From an uncultured Nitrososphaerota archaeon (GTDB lineage: Archaea; Thermoproteota; EX4484-205; JAAOZP01), in assembly GCA_964416155.1 (NCBI GenBank), contig CAYQCW010000008.1, positions 7,126-71,125 on the forward strand: a DNA stretch of 64,000 nt, in the 5' to 3' direction. This document shows, in pieces, positions 27,643 to 36,968 of this stretch. Position numbers and translations under genes: made by a program. The notes under the pieces were generated by a model. That model had not been told where the DNA came from. It did not search any database and saw nothing but the letters and a program-made list of their open reading frames with translations. Every line of letters starts with the position of its first letter. Position 1 is the first letter of the stretch.

Positions 27643-30381
27643 ATGACCGGCTTGCCCATGGGAAACTGGGCGATGGAGAGACAAGTCGAAGGCTTTGCGT
27701 CAAACGTTAAGCTTCCTGTTAAACGCTCTGTTGCTCTTAATGACGACTGGATGTTCGCGGTTGACCCTGAAGGAAAGCTTACTCTGGAGACTGTTCGCTC
27801 CGCGAAGGATGTGAGAAAAGCAAGGGCAGGCCTACCTTGGGAGGCACAGTTCTCCGACCTTATAGATTATGATGGGGTTGCGTGGTATTGGCGTAGCTTT
27901 AGCATTCCACGCATGCTGACAGGCAAGAGGGTCATCCTAAGGTTTGACGCTGCCGATTATGAGGCTAAAGTATGGTTGAACGGGGTGGAACTTGGCTCCC
28001 ATGAGGGAGGCTACACTCCATTCGAATTCGAGGTAACAGGCATCGTGAAACTCGACGGGGAGAATGAGCTTATGGTTAGGGTTTACGACCCTAAGGATTG
28101 CTCTGAAATCCCTAACGGTAAGCAGTCTCACTACTGTAATATCGGCGGCCTATGGCAGGGGGTTAATCTCCTAATCAGGGAAAAGGTTTACGTACATTCA
28201 GCATTCATAGTGCCAGATGCTGATAATTCGAGGATTATGGTTCGTATAATTCTTTCTCACGCCGAAGAGGCTCCTGAGGAGGGTCTTAGACTAACCCTTA
28301 GGGTTTCTCCAGGCGGGGAGGAGAATGTCGTCAAAGTGGTTAAAGGCAAGCCTGTCTATGATGTTGAAATACCTATCCAGGGGGCGAGACTATGGTCTCC
28401 AGATTCTCCTTTCCTATATAGGCTTGAAATCCTTCTCTCCGGCGAAGGGGTTGACGACGCTTGTTTCACAGATTTCGGCGTGAGAAAGATTGAGGTGCGT
28501 GAGACCAGGATTCTCCTTAACGGCGAGCCAGTATACCTTATAGGGGCTCTCGACCAAGATTTCTACCCGGACGTAATATACGGCACGCCTTCCGATGAAA
28601 TGCTTCGCAACCAGTTTCTCAAAGCCAAGGAGCTGGGGCTTAATTTTCTGAGGACACATATCAAGATCCCGTGTCCAAATTATCTTGAATGGGCGGATAG
28701 GCTTGGAATCATGCTTTGGATAGATTTCCCAAGTTTCTACAGGTTCACCGTGGAGGCGAGGGAAAGGATGAGGAGGCAGCTTGAAGAATGGGTTTGGAGG
28801 GATTTTAACCATCCGTCAGTCTTCTGCTGGTGTCTGGTGAACGAGGAGTGGGGTGTTCCGCTTGCTGAAGACGAGGAGGCGAGAAGATGGCTTAAGGACA
28901 TGTGGCGTACAGTTAAAAGGCTTGACCCAACTAGGCTTGTTGTTGACAATTCTCCTGCGAACGCGGGGCACGTTGCAAGCGATATTGAGGACCAGCATGT
29001 CTACATGGCTATACCCGACCATGCTCGCGAGTTCGAAAACTGGGTGAATGATTTTTCTAAACACCCGGCTTGGACGTTCAGGTTTCCAGAGTCCGAGAGA
29101 AGGAGGTTCGAACCCCTGATGGTTTCAGAGTTCGGCAACTGGGGGCTTCCAGATGTTGAAGAAATCCTTCGCTACTACAATTGGAGGGACCCGTACTGGT
29201 TTAACCAAGCGAGCTACGGCGGGCCAATCCGTACTGGCGTTAACGAGTTCTTCAGGCTAGGGCTGGACGAGGTTTACGGCTCGTTGAGGAATCTGGCGGA
29301 AGCCACTCAAAAACATCAGCTCGACTCTCTCAAGTTCGAGATTGAAACAATGAGGCTTCACCCTGAGATAATTGGCTACGTCATAACCCAGTTTACAGAC
29401 TTGAACAGTGAGAGCAATGGACTCATGGACATGTGTAGGGGGGAGAAGATTCTACACCGTTTCCTGAGATTCTTTCAAGCACAGGATGTTGTCGTAATAA
29501 GGCCTGGAAAATGGAGCTATCTTGAGGGCGAGGAAGCCAAGGTGAAAATCTACGTTTCCAGGTTTTCAGCCATTGAGCCGAAAGCTGTGGAATGGTGGGT
29601 TGAGAACACTCCGGTAGGCGGAGTGTTGAAGTCGGTGAGCGTTGAGAGGGCTTGCTGCACAGAGGTAGGGGAAGCGAGTTTCAGGATTCCGGAAACAGGG
29701 TTTCCTGGCAAGCTAACCATATGGGCAAGGCTGCTCGACGATTATGGAAGAGAAACCTGCCGAAACTACCAAGAGATCCTGGTTCTTCCGTCTCAATCCG
29801 TGAGGAACAGTGGAAAAATCAGCGTATTCGGCGCTGACGAAAACTTTATGGAGAAAATTAGGGAGATAGGCCTAACCGTCGTTGAGCCCAGCGGGGTCAG
29901 CGTAGCCGTTTCTCTAGGGGTTAATAAAGACGCTATCGTTTTTGCTGAGAAAGGTGGTAGAGTGCTCTTCCTGCTTGAAGACTGTGAGGCAGGGTCCACC
30001 ATATTAGGCGGAATCCGGCTTGTAGATAGGAGGGAAAAAGGCCGCTGGGGAGACTGGTGCACAGCATTCCTCTGGCTCAAGAAGGAGGCCGCGGGTAGGC
30101 TATTCTACGAGGGCCACTTGGGGATGCCGTTTATAGAGTGTATCCCCAATATGGTTCTGGAGGGGTTGAGTCTTAAGGACGTTAGGAAAGCTTTCGGAGG
30201 AGTTTTCGTCGGCTGGATGCGGGAGCCAGCTGCCGCAATACTCCCAGTAAAAACGTGGGCAGGGCTCACTGTTCTCTGCACCTTCAGGCTGGTGAAAAAC
30301 CTTGTTAAGGATCCGGTTTCAACCGCACTGTTCTGCTCGCTGATCGACCTAATGTTTTCAGAGAAGCTTAACAGCGTGTAA
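27643..30381 (+). CDS. GH2 beta-glycosidase (beta-galactosidase/glucuronidase/mannosidase-like)
   Basis: GVAWY.R, HEGGYTPF, LWSPDSP.LY, NHPSV..W..VNEEWG acid/base, VSEFGNWG nucleophile. Confidence 0.93.
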   Translation: MTGLPMGNWAMERQVEGFASNVKLPVKRSVALNDDWMFAVDPEGKLTLETVRSAKDVRKARAGLPWEAQFSDLIDYDGVAWYWRSFSIPRMLTGKRVILRFDAADYEAKVWLNGVELGSHEGGYTPFEFEVTGIVKLDGENELMVRVYDPKDCSEIPNGKQSHYCNIGGLWQGVNLLIREKVYVHSAFIVPDADNSRIMVRIILSHAEEAPEEGLRLTLRVSPGGEENVVKVVKGKPVYDVEIPIQGARLWSPDSPFLYRLEILLSGEGVDDACFTDFGVRKIEVRETRILLNGEPVYLIGALDQDFYPDVIYGTPSDEMLRNQFLKAKELGLNFLRTHIKIPCPNYLEWADRLGIMLWIDFPSFYRFTVEARERMRRQLEEWVWRDFNHPSVFCWCLVNEEWGVPLAEDEEARRWLKDMWRTVKRLDPTRLVVDNSPANAGHVASDIEDQHVYMAIPDHAREFENWVNDFSKHPAWTFRFPESERRRFEPLMVSEFGNWGLPDVEEILRYYNWRDPYWFNQASYGGPIRTGVNEFFRLGLDEVYGSLRNLAEATQKHQLDSLKFEIETMRLHPEIIGYVITQFTDLNSESNGLMDMCRGEKILHRFLRFFQAQDVVVIRPGKWSYLEGEEAKVKIYVSRFSAIEPKAVEWWVENTPVGGVLKSVSVERACCTEVGEASFRIPETGFPGKLTIWARLLDDYGRETCRNYQEILVLPSQSVRNSGKISVFGADENFMEKIREIGLTVVEPSGVSVAVSLGVNKDAIVFAEKGGRVLFLLEDCEAGSTILGGIRLVDRREKGRWGDWCTAFLWLKKEAAGRLFYEGHLGMPFIECIPNMVLEGLSLKDVRKAFGGVFVGWMREPAAAILPVKTWAGLTVLCTFRLVKNLVKDPVSTALFCSLIDLMFSEKLNSV

Positions 30382-30450
30382 CATGCGGGACCCATGCTTA
30401 GGAGTACTACAGGCTTTAAACACTGTAACCGTCGTGAAACATTCGGATGG

Positions 30451-31878
30451 TTAGAAAGACAGCAATACTTGCCAGATGAACAAGTATCCTAGTGATTCGA
30501 TTTCCTCCCAGACTCTTCTAAAGAGTCCCTCATCTCCAGAGATTGCTTCAATCTCTCTGCGTTTCTCATCCCAAGGCATACATACTCCCGGTTTTACTTT
30601 CAGACTCTTAAGCCCTGTTACAGGCTTTCCCTCAAAAGATTCCTCCCCCCGCTGAGGGTTTTTCGAGCATTCAGAGCCCCCTTCTTCATATTTTCCATAG
30701 CAACGTGTAAACTCAGTCATCGCCTTCAAGTTTTCAACCTTAGCATCATTCTGAATTATGGCTGACGCATCCATGATGTATCCTCCGTCTGAAGCAATGC
30801 TGTCGATGATTTTCTTACAGTAGCGACGCACCTCGTCGGGTGTTCCAAGAGTAAGTAGCCAGTTGGGCAGGCCCCCGCTCAGACAGAACTTATGTCCAAG
30901 TTTCCTATGCGCCTTGAAAATATTGCTCCTGTCGATATGGAAGACTATGCTGCCCTCCTGCAATTCGGCAAAGCTATCCAAGTGCGGGGTCCAGTCTCCC
31001 TCCGCGTAGAAAAGCACCCTGAGCCCATGGGACCAGAGTTCCTCAATAATGGGTTTCAGCGTGCGCCAGTGAATGGTCAAAAAATGGTTCATATTGATGA
31101 ACGGCACTGCACTGCGATGCATCCAGAAGCCTACTGGAACCTTTTTCTCCGGGTCGGCAGTCATGCGAGCAACCTGAGTCAAATGCGGGGCAAGGGCTTC
31201 ACATGCTTCAAGCACCTTCTCAGGCTGCCTATGAAGATCCTTAGCTAAACCAATATATCCACGAAGCTTGTCTGCGATAATGTCAAGCGGGGCTTTGAGT
31301 ATGCCTGCTATGGCGGAAACGGTTCCAGCCTCCCTCCTCATTCTTTCAACCTGAGGCCCGAAAGCGTTAAAATAATCGCTCATCGCCATAGCCCCTTTCA
31401 CGAGAGCAAGCATGCTTCGATACGAGGGTTGCAACCCTTCTCTAGAAATCTCGCTAGAGACACGCGGCAGCCATATGTTATAAAGGAATGCAGTCGGGTC
31501 GTCTATCAACAAGTTATACTCCTCAGGCTTCATGAATGCCTTCTGTTCAGGCGGCTCAAGATACTGGAATGCCGTGTCAGGAGGGATGTCGATACCAGGT
31601 ATAGCGTAGTATTTCAGGCCAAGGGCCTGTGTAAGGCCTGTCCACACATAGACCATGTTGGCGACCATCGCATCCCAGTCGAAATCTCTAGCACACTTTA
31701 AAACAGCGTCAAAAGCCTTCCCGTAATCATGTGTAACCTCTTGACAAGTATAGCCCGCGTATTTTGCTGTAAACTCTGCTACAAAGGGGCGGATCGGAAT
31801 GCAATCCGGTTTCTCGTTGCGCATAGCAGTTAAGTAGCGTTTCAACCGCTCTTGGTAAAGATGTTCTTTTTCACTCAC
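30451..31878 (-). CDS. URO-D-fold methyltransferase, candidate aromatic O-demethylase MT1 (MtvB/MtoB/MtgB-like)
   Basis: LYQERL.RY.TAMRNEKPD.IP, FM.PEEY..LI.DP, P.D.IADKLRG, FYAEGDW, CLSGG, GGYIMDASA. The subfamily resemblance is from memory. Confidence 0.7.
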   Translation of the reverse strand: MSEKEHLYQERLKRYLTAMRNEKPDCIPIRPFVAEFTAKYAGYTCQEVTHDYGKAFDAVLKCARDFDWDAMVANMVYVWTGLTQALGLKYYAIPGIDIPPDTAFQYLEPPEQKAFMKPEEYNLLIDDPTAFLYNIWLPRVSSEISREGLQPSYRSMLALVKGAMAMSDYFNAFGPQVERMRREAGTVSAIAGILKAPLDIIADKLRGYIGLAKDLHRQPEKVLEACEALAPHLTQVARMTADPEKKVPVGFWMHRSAVPFINMNHFLTIHWRTLKPIIEELWSHGLRVLFYAEGDWTPHLDSFAELQEGSIVFHIDRSNIFKAHRKLGHKFCLSGGLPNWLLTLGTPDEVRRYCKKIIDSIASDGGYIMDASAIIQNDAKVENLKAMTEFTRCYGKYEEGGSECSKNPQRGEESFEGKPVTGLKSLKVKPGVCMPWDEKRREIEAISGDEGLFRRVWEEIESLGYLFIWQVLLSF

Positions 31879-31960
31879 CCCGCTCCCTCCTCCGCTTGAA
31901 TGTAGGTATGAGCATTATCCTTAAATGTTTATCTAAGCGTAGAAAAACAGAATCAACACT

Positions 31961-31997
31961 GTTTTGGCAACTGCTGTTAGAGTTAACAGCCAAAAAC
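31961..31997. promoter_or_regulatory. Inverted repeat in a divergent intergenic region
   Basis: GCTGTTA-gagt-TAACAGC (31973-31990), flanked by TTTTGGC/GCCAAAA, between divergent starts at 31878 and 32047. Confidence 0.35.
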
Positions 31998-32046
31998 TTT
32001 AAAGGAAAGATTAAATATCATTTAAAAGTTCTTTAAGACCAGATGA

Positions 32047-32880
32047 ATGATGGGAAGCCTGAAGATAGGTTTAGCATTATGGTCGTTAGGGCCAACTAGG
32101 AATGAGACTGAGTTTAAGGCTGCTCTCGAAACAGCAAGAGAAATCAGTGTTCAGGGTGTTCAACTCTGGTGCGTCGACTATTCTCCCTCGGAACCCTGCT
32201 TCTTGGATCCAGATAGGTGCATAGGCAGTGAAAGAAGAAGGGTTAAGGAAACCGTGGAATCCTATGGGCTTAAGATAACGGGGTTCTGCGCCCAACTCAC
32301 CGGGCCCATGGACCCCGGCATGCCGTGGCCTGGTTCCGCCCTCGGCGATCCAAGGGGCCTTGAGAAGAGGGTTGAAAAAACCATGAGGGCCCTGGAGCTT
32401 GCCTCAGACATGGGCTCCGCAATAGTCACAACCCATCCCGGAGAAATACCTTCAGACAGTTCAAGCAAAAAGTATGCAATTATGCTTAACTCCTGCAAGA
32501 CGCTGGCGAGACACGCTAAGCAGGTTGGAGCCGTATTTTGCATAGAGACTGGGCAGGAGAGCGCTGAAGTCCTCAGACGTCTTCTTGAGGATGTTGGGAG
32601 CGAAGGGTTAAAGGTAAACTATGACCCTGCCAACATGCTTAAGTATGGCGTGGTCGAGGGTGTTAGAATCCTGGCCCCATGGATTGTGCATACTCACGCT
32701 AAGGACTTCAACCCGGTAACAAAGCGGGCAACAGTCGGCGAAGGCCTTGTGCCTTGGGACGACTATATAGCCACGCTTAAATCGGTAAACTATTCGGGAT
32801 GGTTTGCAATTGAGGATGAAACCGGTATAGATGTTGCAGAGTCTATTAAACGGGGCAAAGCGTTCTTGGAAAAATACTGA
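32047..32880 (+). CDS. Sugar phosphate isomerase/epimerase (xylose isomerase-like TIM barrel)
   Basis: IETGQE, VNYDPAN, HTHAKD, GEG.VPW, FAIEDE. Confidence 0.9.
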   Translation: MMGSLKIGLALWSLGPTRNETEFKAALETAREISVQGVQLWCVDYSPSEPCFLDPDRCIGSERRRVKETVESYGLKITGFCAQLTGPMDPGMPWPGSALGDPRGLEKRVEKTMRALELASDMGSAIVTTHPGEIPSDSSSKKYAIMLNSCKTLARHAKQVGAVFCIETGQESAEVLRRLLEDVGSEGLKVNYDPANMLKYGVVEGVRILAPWIVHTHAKDFNPVTKRATVGEGLVPWDDYIATLKSVNYSGWFAIEDETGIDVAESIKRGKAFLEKY

Positions 32881-32930
32881 AAGATGAACATTATACCATG
32901 AGAGCGCGCGCTAATTCTGGCTCACGTCTT

Positions 32931-34082
32931 TCAGAAGGTTGAGGAAACCCTCAGGCGACTGCCTGTTCTCGAAGACTGTATCGCCTTTATCATTATTTCG
33001 CTGACGTGCATGCCCCATTTTAGACTCGGTAGGGGCTCCTTATCGTTCAGTATGCAGTCGAAAAAGTGCTCCGTGGAAGCCTTATAATAGTTCCAAGGCG
33101 GAAAATCCTGCTCGGGTATACAGTACCAGCCGTCCGGCGAGTAATACTTGCTATCCTTGCGCTTCGTCATGACAGATATTGCCGCCGGCCCGCCTATGAG
33201 CATAGCGCCCTCGCTCCCGTAGATCTCTATGTCAGGCATGTTTCCAATACCTGTCCTGAGGCCGTCAGGAGTTACGAAGTTCGCAATGATACACCCTAGG
33301 CTTCCGCTTCTCATGTTGAGCAGTGTAAACGTGTTGTCCTCCGCCCCCATCTTTATCCGTTTAGTTGGCTTCGCGGTTGCAAGCTTCTGCCAGAAGGGCT
33401 CGTAAGGCTTATGGGAAAGATGCTCCGTGAAAAGTTCTTCCGGAACTATGAATCTATCCGGTATAGATGTCTTCGCCATTCCCGATACTGAGGAAACAGG
33501 GCCAAGGAGAAAGGTTAGCGCAGCTATCGGGTATACGCCGAGGTCGAAAAGAGGACCCCCGGCTTGCCTAGTGAAGAAGGTTTCCTCCCCCCAAGTCGGT
33601 GCTCCTCTCCCCAGCCCTGCTCTAAACCAGTAGACCTCCCCAATGGTTTCCTCCTCCAGCATGCTTTTAGCCTTCAAGTACAGTGGATTCATCTGGACGT
33701 TCGGCTCGACAAGCGCCTTGACACCTGTTTTCTTAACCGCATTTAACACCTTCCTCGCATCCCTCATATTTGTAGCTAAGGGTTTCTGAATCAAGACGTG
33801 TTTCCCAGCTCTCGCCGCCCTCGCCGCCTGATCCGCATGCATACCCATGCCTGACAGTACGAAAACAGCGTCAATATCGGATTTCCTCAGCATCTCGTCA
33901 ACATCTGTATAACATTCTTTAGCGCCCCACAGCTCCATGCTTCTCCTAGCCCTCTCCTTAATCCTGTCGCATGTTGCCACCAGCTCGCCTTTCTCAACTA
34001 TCGCTGGGAAATAGGCCTCGTTAGCGATAACTCCACACCCTACAACACCGCATTTCACCCTCTTATCCCCCATTCTCCTCAT
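32931..34082 (-). CDS. Gfo/Idh/MocA-family oxidoreductase
   Basis: GVVGCGVIA Rossmann motif, AGKHVLIQKP, GGPLFDLGVY. Confidence 0.92.
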   Translation of the reverse strand: MRRMGDKRVKCGVVGCGVIANEAYFPAIVEKGELVATCDRIKERARRSMELWGAKECYTDVDEMLRKSDIDAVFVLSGMGMHADQAARAARAGKHVLIQKPLATNMRDARKVLNAVKKTGVKALVEPNVQMNPLYLKAKSMLEEETIGEVYWFRAGLGRGAPTWGEETFFTRQAGGPLFDLGVYPIAALTFLLGPVSSVSGMAKTSIPDRFIVPEELFTEHLSHKPYEPFWQKLATAKPTKRIKMGAEDNTFTLLNMRSGSLGCIIANFVTPDGLRTGIGNMPDIEIYGSEGAMLIGGPAAISVMTKRKDSKYYSPDGWYCIPEQDFPPWNYYKASTEHFFDCILNDKEPLPSLKWGMHVSEIMIKAIQSSRTGSRLRVSSTF

Positions 34083-34210
34083 CCTTCACAGGTTAATATG
34101 GAGGATTTATTTAAAGCTATATAGTTATTAGCGACAATTGTTTAAACCCTTTACACTCCTTCGGATACAGTACTAAAAAATTTAAGAAGAATTCTGAAAA
34201 GAGAAAATCC

Positions 34211-34939
34211 ATGAAGATGAAGTACGAGGAAATGACTCCGAAAGAGTTTCTGGAGGCAGTTGAAAAGCTGCCTGTTTTCATAGTTCCGACAGGTCTTCTC
34301 GAATGGCACGGTGACCATCTTCCTCTTGGACAGGATGCGTTGAAGGCCTACGGCATATGTCTGCGGGTTGCTGAGAGGCTTGGAGGAGGAATAGTTCTTC
34401 CACCCAACTATTGGGGAAGACCCGGCTTTTCAACGTATGTTGGGACCCTAACCTTCAGCGACGGGTTGATTCGAACCCTCTTCTGGGAGCTTTTTGAACA
34501 ACTCAGGAAGGTCGGGGCGAAGTTGATACTGGTTGTTACAGGTCACTATGGTCCTTGCCAGGTCGATTGCCTTAAGGGGGTGGCAGAGGATTTCAACAGG
34601 TGCCACCCAGACGTTTGCATCATGGTCCAGCCCGAATACGAGGGCGTCGAGATTAACGGGGAGGTGCCTGCAGACCACGCCGGCAAGTGGGAGACTTCCA
34701 TGTTCTGGTACATGTTTCCTCAGCTTGCAGCACTTAAGGAATTCAAGCCAGGGAGGATCGAGGTGCATACCTATCCCAATGCGCCGTACAACTATTATCG
34801 TGAAAGTCAAGTATGGGAGTGGAAGGAGGATATTAGGATGGTTTCCTCCCCGGAGCTTGGGAGAAAGGCTGTAGAAATTATCGTAGACCACCTGACTGAA
34901 CTGGTTAAACGAAAGCTGGAAGAGCTGAAAGGACCCTGA
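34211..34939 (+). CDS. Creatininase-family amidohydrolase
   Basis: GLLEWHGDHLPLGQD, VTGHYG, DHAGKWETS motifs. Confidence 0.9.
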   Translation: MKMKYEEMTPKEFLEAVEKLPVFIVPTGLLEWHGDHLPLGQDALKAYGICLRVAERLGGGIVLPPNYWGRPGFSTYVGTLTFSDGLIRTLFWELFEQLRKVGAKLILVVTGHYGPCQVDCLKGVAEDFNRCHPDVCIMVQPEYEGVEINGEVPADHAGKWETSMFWYMFPQLAALKEFKPGRIEVHTYPNAPYNYYRESQVWEWKEDIRMVSSPELGRKAVEIIVDHLTELVKRKLEELKGP

Positions 34940-35695
34940 GGCTGTTACCATGCCGAGGCCCAGCTCGAAAGCGTAGAACATCGGCACATACACGTTTTTC
35001 GCGAAATCAGCCATGAAGAAGATAACGCTTCCGGAGAGAAACGCTAGAAAAGATGTTCCTAGTATGAAGATAGAGCCCAGAGAAACCCTTTCACTCCTTC
35101 GCGTCTGAAGCATGCCTGTCTTCAACCCTTGAAAAAAGATGAACGAGGGCGAGTGAAGCGGAATAGAGGAGTGAGCAGAGGCTGAAAAAATATCCTCCAC
35201 CCAACTCGTTTATTATGAATCCTGTGAACTCGACTGAAATGGCCCAACCTAGGGAGGCGGCTGACCCAAAAAACGCCCATCGACCTGCCACGGTTCTTGG
35301 CTGAGGAGATTTCTGACAGGAGCACCATTGCAGCCGGGTAGGACGCTGAACCCACAAAGCTCTTGCAACGAGGAGAATTGCGAGGGCAAGCCTATTCTTT
35401 AGCAAAATCATAACTATGTATCCGAGCGCGTAGCCCGTGGTTCCAAGCTTGAAAAACAACCTGTTCATAGCTCTGTCAGACAAGTATCCCCATGTCACCT
35501 GCCCTATGAGGCTTGATACTGCTATGGAGGACAGAAGCAGGTTGACGGAGCCTCCATCAAAACCGTTCGTAGAAAGATAGAGTCCCCGGTACTAAAAGCC
35601 CGGAGGCAGCCATGAACAGTATGTTGTAAGCGAAGATGACTAGTAATGGACTAGGGCGAGTTTTTTCCCGCAATATTTCCCCTTACGAGGTTCAT
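34936..35695 (-). pseudogene. Frameshifted and truncated MFS transporter
   Basis: ATG at 35695. Hydrophobic segments lie in several frames, including motif-A-like WGYLSDR and RGRSMG. Stops before a full 12-TM length. Confidence 0.75.
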
Positions 35696-35825
35696 AGTAG
35701 CTGGCTTCAAACTCCCCGCTTAAACGCGGATATAGGCTTTTTTAAAATCTAGAGTATTCGCGATGAAAACTTCACAGCAACACGCTAATTCTTATGAGGC
35801 GATTGCAGAGGAGTCGGACTTAATA

Positions 35826-36899
35826 TTAATGGCTTAAGCCACTGATTTTTAAAGTTTGATTCTTTTTCTCTCCTCTCAGGATTGATGTCACCCGAGAAAT
35901 GTCGAATTTCGGAGTTCCATCAACATAACAGAGACCGAAGCATGCGTGTACAGGGCTGTTTTCACTTTTTATTTTCCCGTGAAACGGGTTGTCCCGCCAC
36001 TCATATATGAATACGCCATTTATTCTACCCGAGTAATCCTTGTTGACCCGACTTATTACGTCAGATAACTGTAAATAGACCCTCATAAAGTTATTCGCAT
36101 CCTGAATAGGAATTATCTTCTTTCCATCAAGCGTCTCAATGCTATTCGTTTTCCCCTTTACCTTCGTCTTTACCACTCTATAGCCAACTCCAGCGTGAAG
36201 ACCTGTTTCACTTATTATAAGTGGCTTATTGTACTTTTCAAGCTCGTTCAAAAGACTGCGAAGCATAAACTCAAACTTTGCTAGTCTTAAATTAGCTTCC
36301 CTCGCATCCGTAAGAAACCTTTTATTGTGTTCAAAAGCATCCAGCGTAAACCAGTCTTTTGCCTCCATGGGATAGCAGTTAACGGAATATATGTCAACAG
36401 CTTCGACAATGGGCACAACCCATTCTTTTATCTTCCCATCGAAATCTAAACCAAATCCTTCCATAGCATAGGTAACTGGCGTATTGAATCCGTGTTCCTG
36501 AATAAGTTTCCTAGTTGCAGTGATTAAGCTCGAAAGCGCGAATGCTAATCTTCCTGTAAACTTCCAGTTGGGTGGTTCACCCTTCATGTATTCTCTAAGT
36601 TCATTTCCCAAACATATTGCAGTTAAAGGAATGCTCAATTTATGCGTTCCCAGAATATGTTCCTGTTTAATTTCGTTACGCCAATCTTTCAGAAGATTTT
36701 CAGAATCTACATATATCCCCGCATACAGGCTCATATTCAGCTTCTTAATAATTCCTGCAATTTCTTCAGAATGCTCGTAGTTATAGGTCCTGACGGCGTT
36801 AATACCCGTCTTCGCTGCCTCGCTGAAACCCGAGTTCTCAATTCTCCTGATACCGGAAGGGTGAAACCATGCGCCGATAATCATGGTTCTACACCACAA
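35826..36899 (-). CDS. Clan GH-A TIM-barrel glycoside hydrolase (GH17/GH5-like)
   Basis: VRTY, LGNE acid/base, VNCYP, ISETG nucleophile, IYEW.D, FGL...DG.PK. No obvious signal peptide. Confidence 0.75.
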   Translation of the reverse strand: MWCRTMIIGAWFHPSGIRRIENSGFSEAAKTGINAVRTYNYEHSEEIAGIIKKLNMSLYAGIYVDSENLLKDWRNEIKQEHILGTHKLSIPLTAICLGNELREYMKGEPPNWKFTGRLAFALSSLITATRKLIQEHGFNTPVTYAMEGFGLDFDGKIKEWVVPIVEAVDIYSVNCYPMEAKDWFTLDAFEHNKRFLTDAREANLRLAKFEFMLRSLLNELEKYNKPLIISETGLHAGVGYRVVKTKVKGKTNSIETLDGKKIIPIQDANNFMRVYLQLSDVISRVNKDYSGRINGVFIYEWRDNPFHGKIKSENSPVHACFGLCYVDGTPKFDISRVTSILRGEKKNQTLKISGLSH

Positions 36900-36968
36900 G
36901 TAAATGTATTCGGTAAACTAACTTAAAAATATTTTCTGAAAGTTTAGGCTAGAAAAATATCTTGTAAA

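Noticed and set aside
34448-35200. 250-aa minus-strand ORF as a real gene
   Set aside because: Most of it is antisense to the creatininase gene. Only its first part belongs to the MFS pseudogene.
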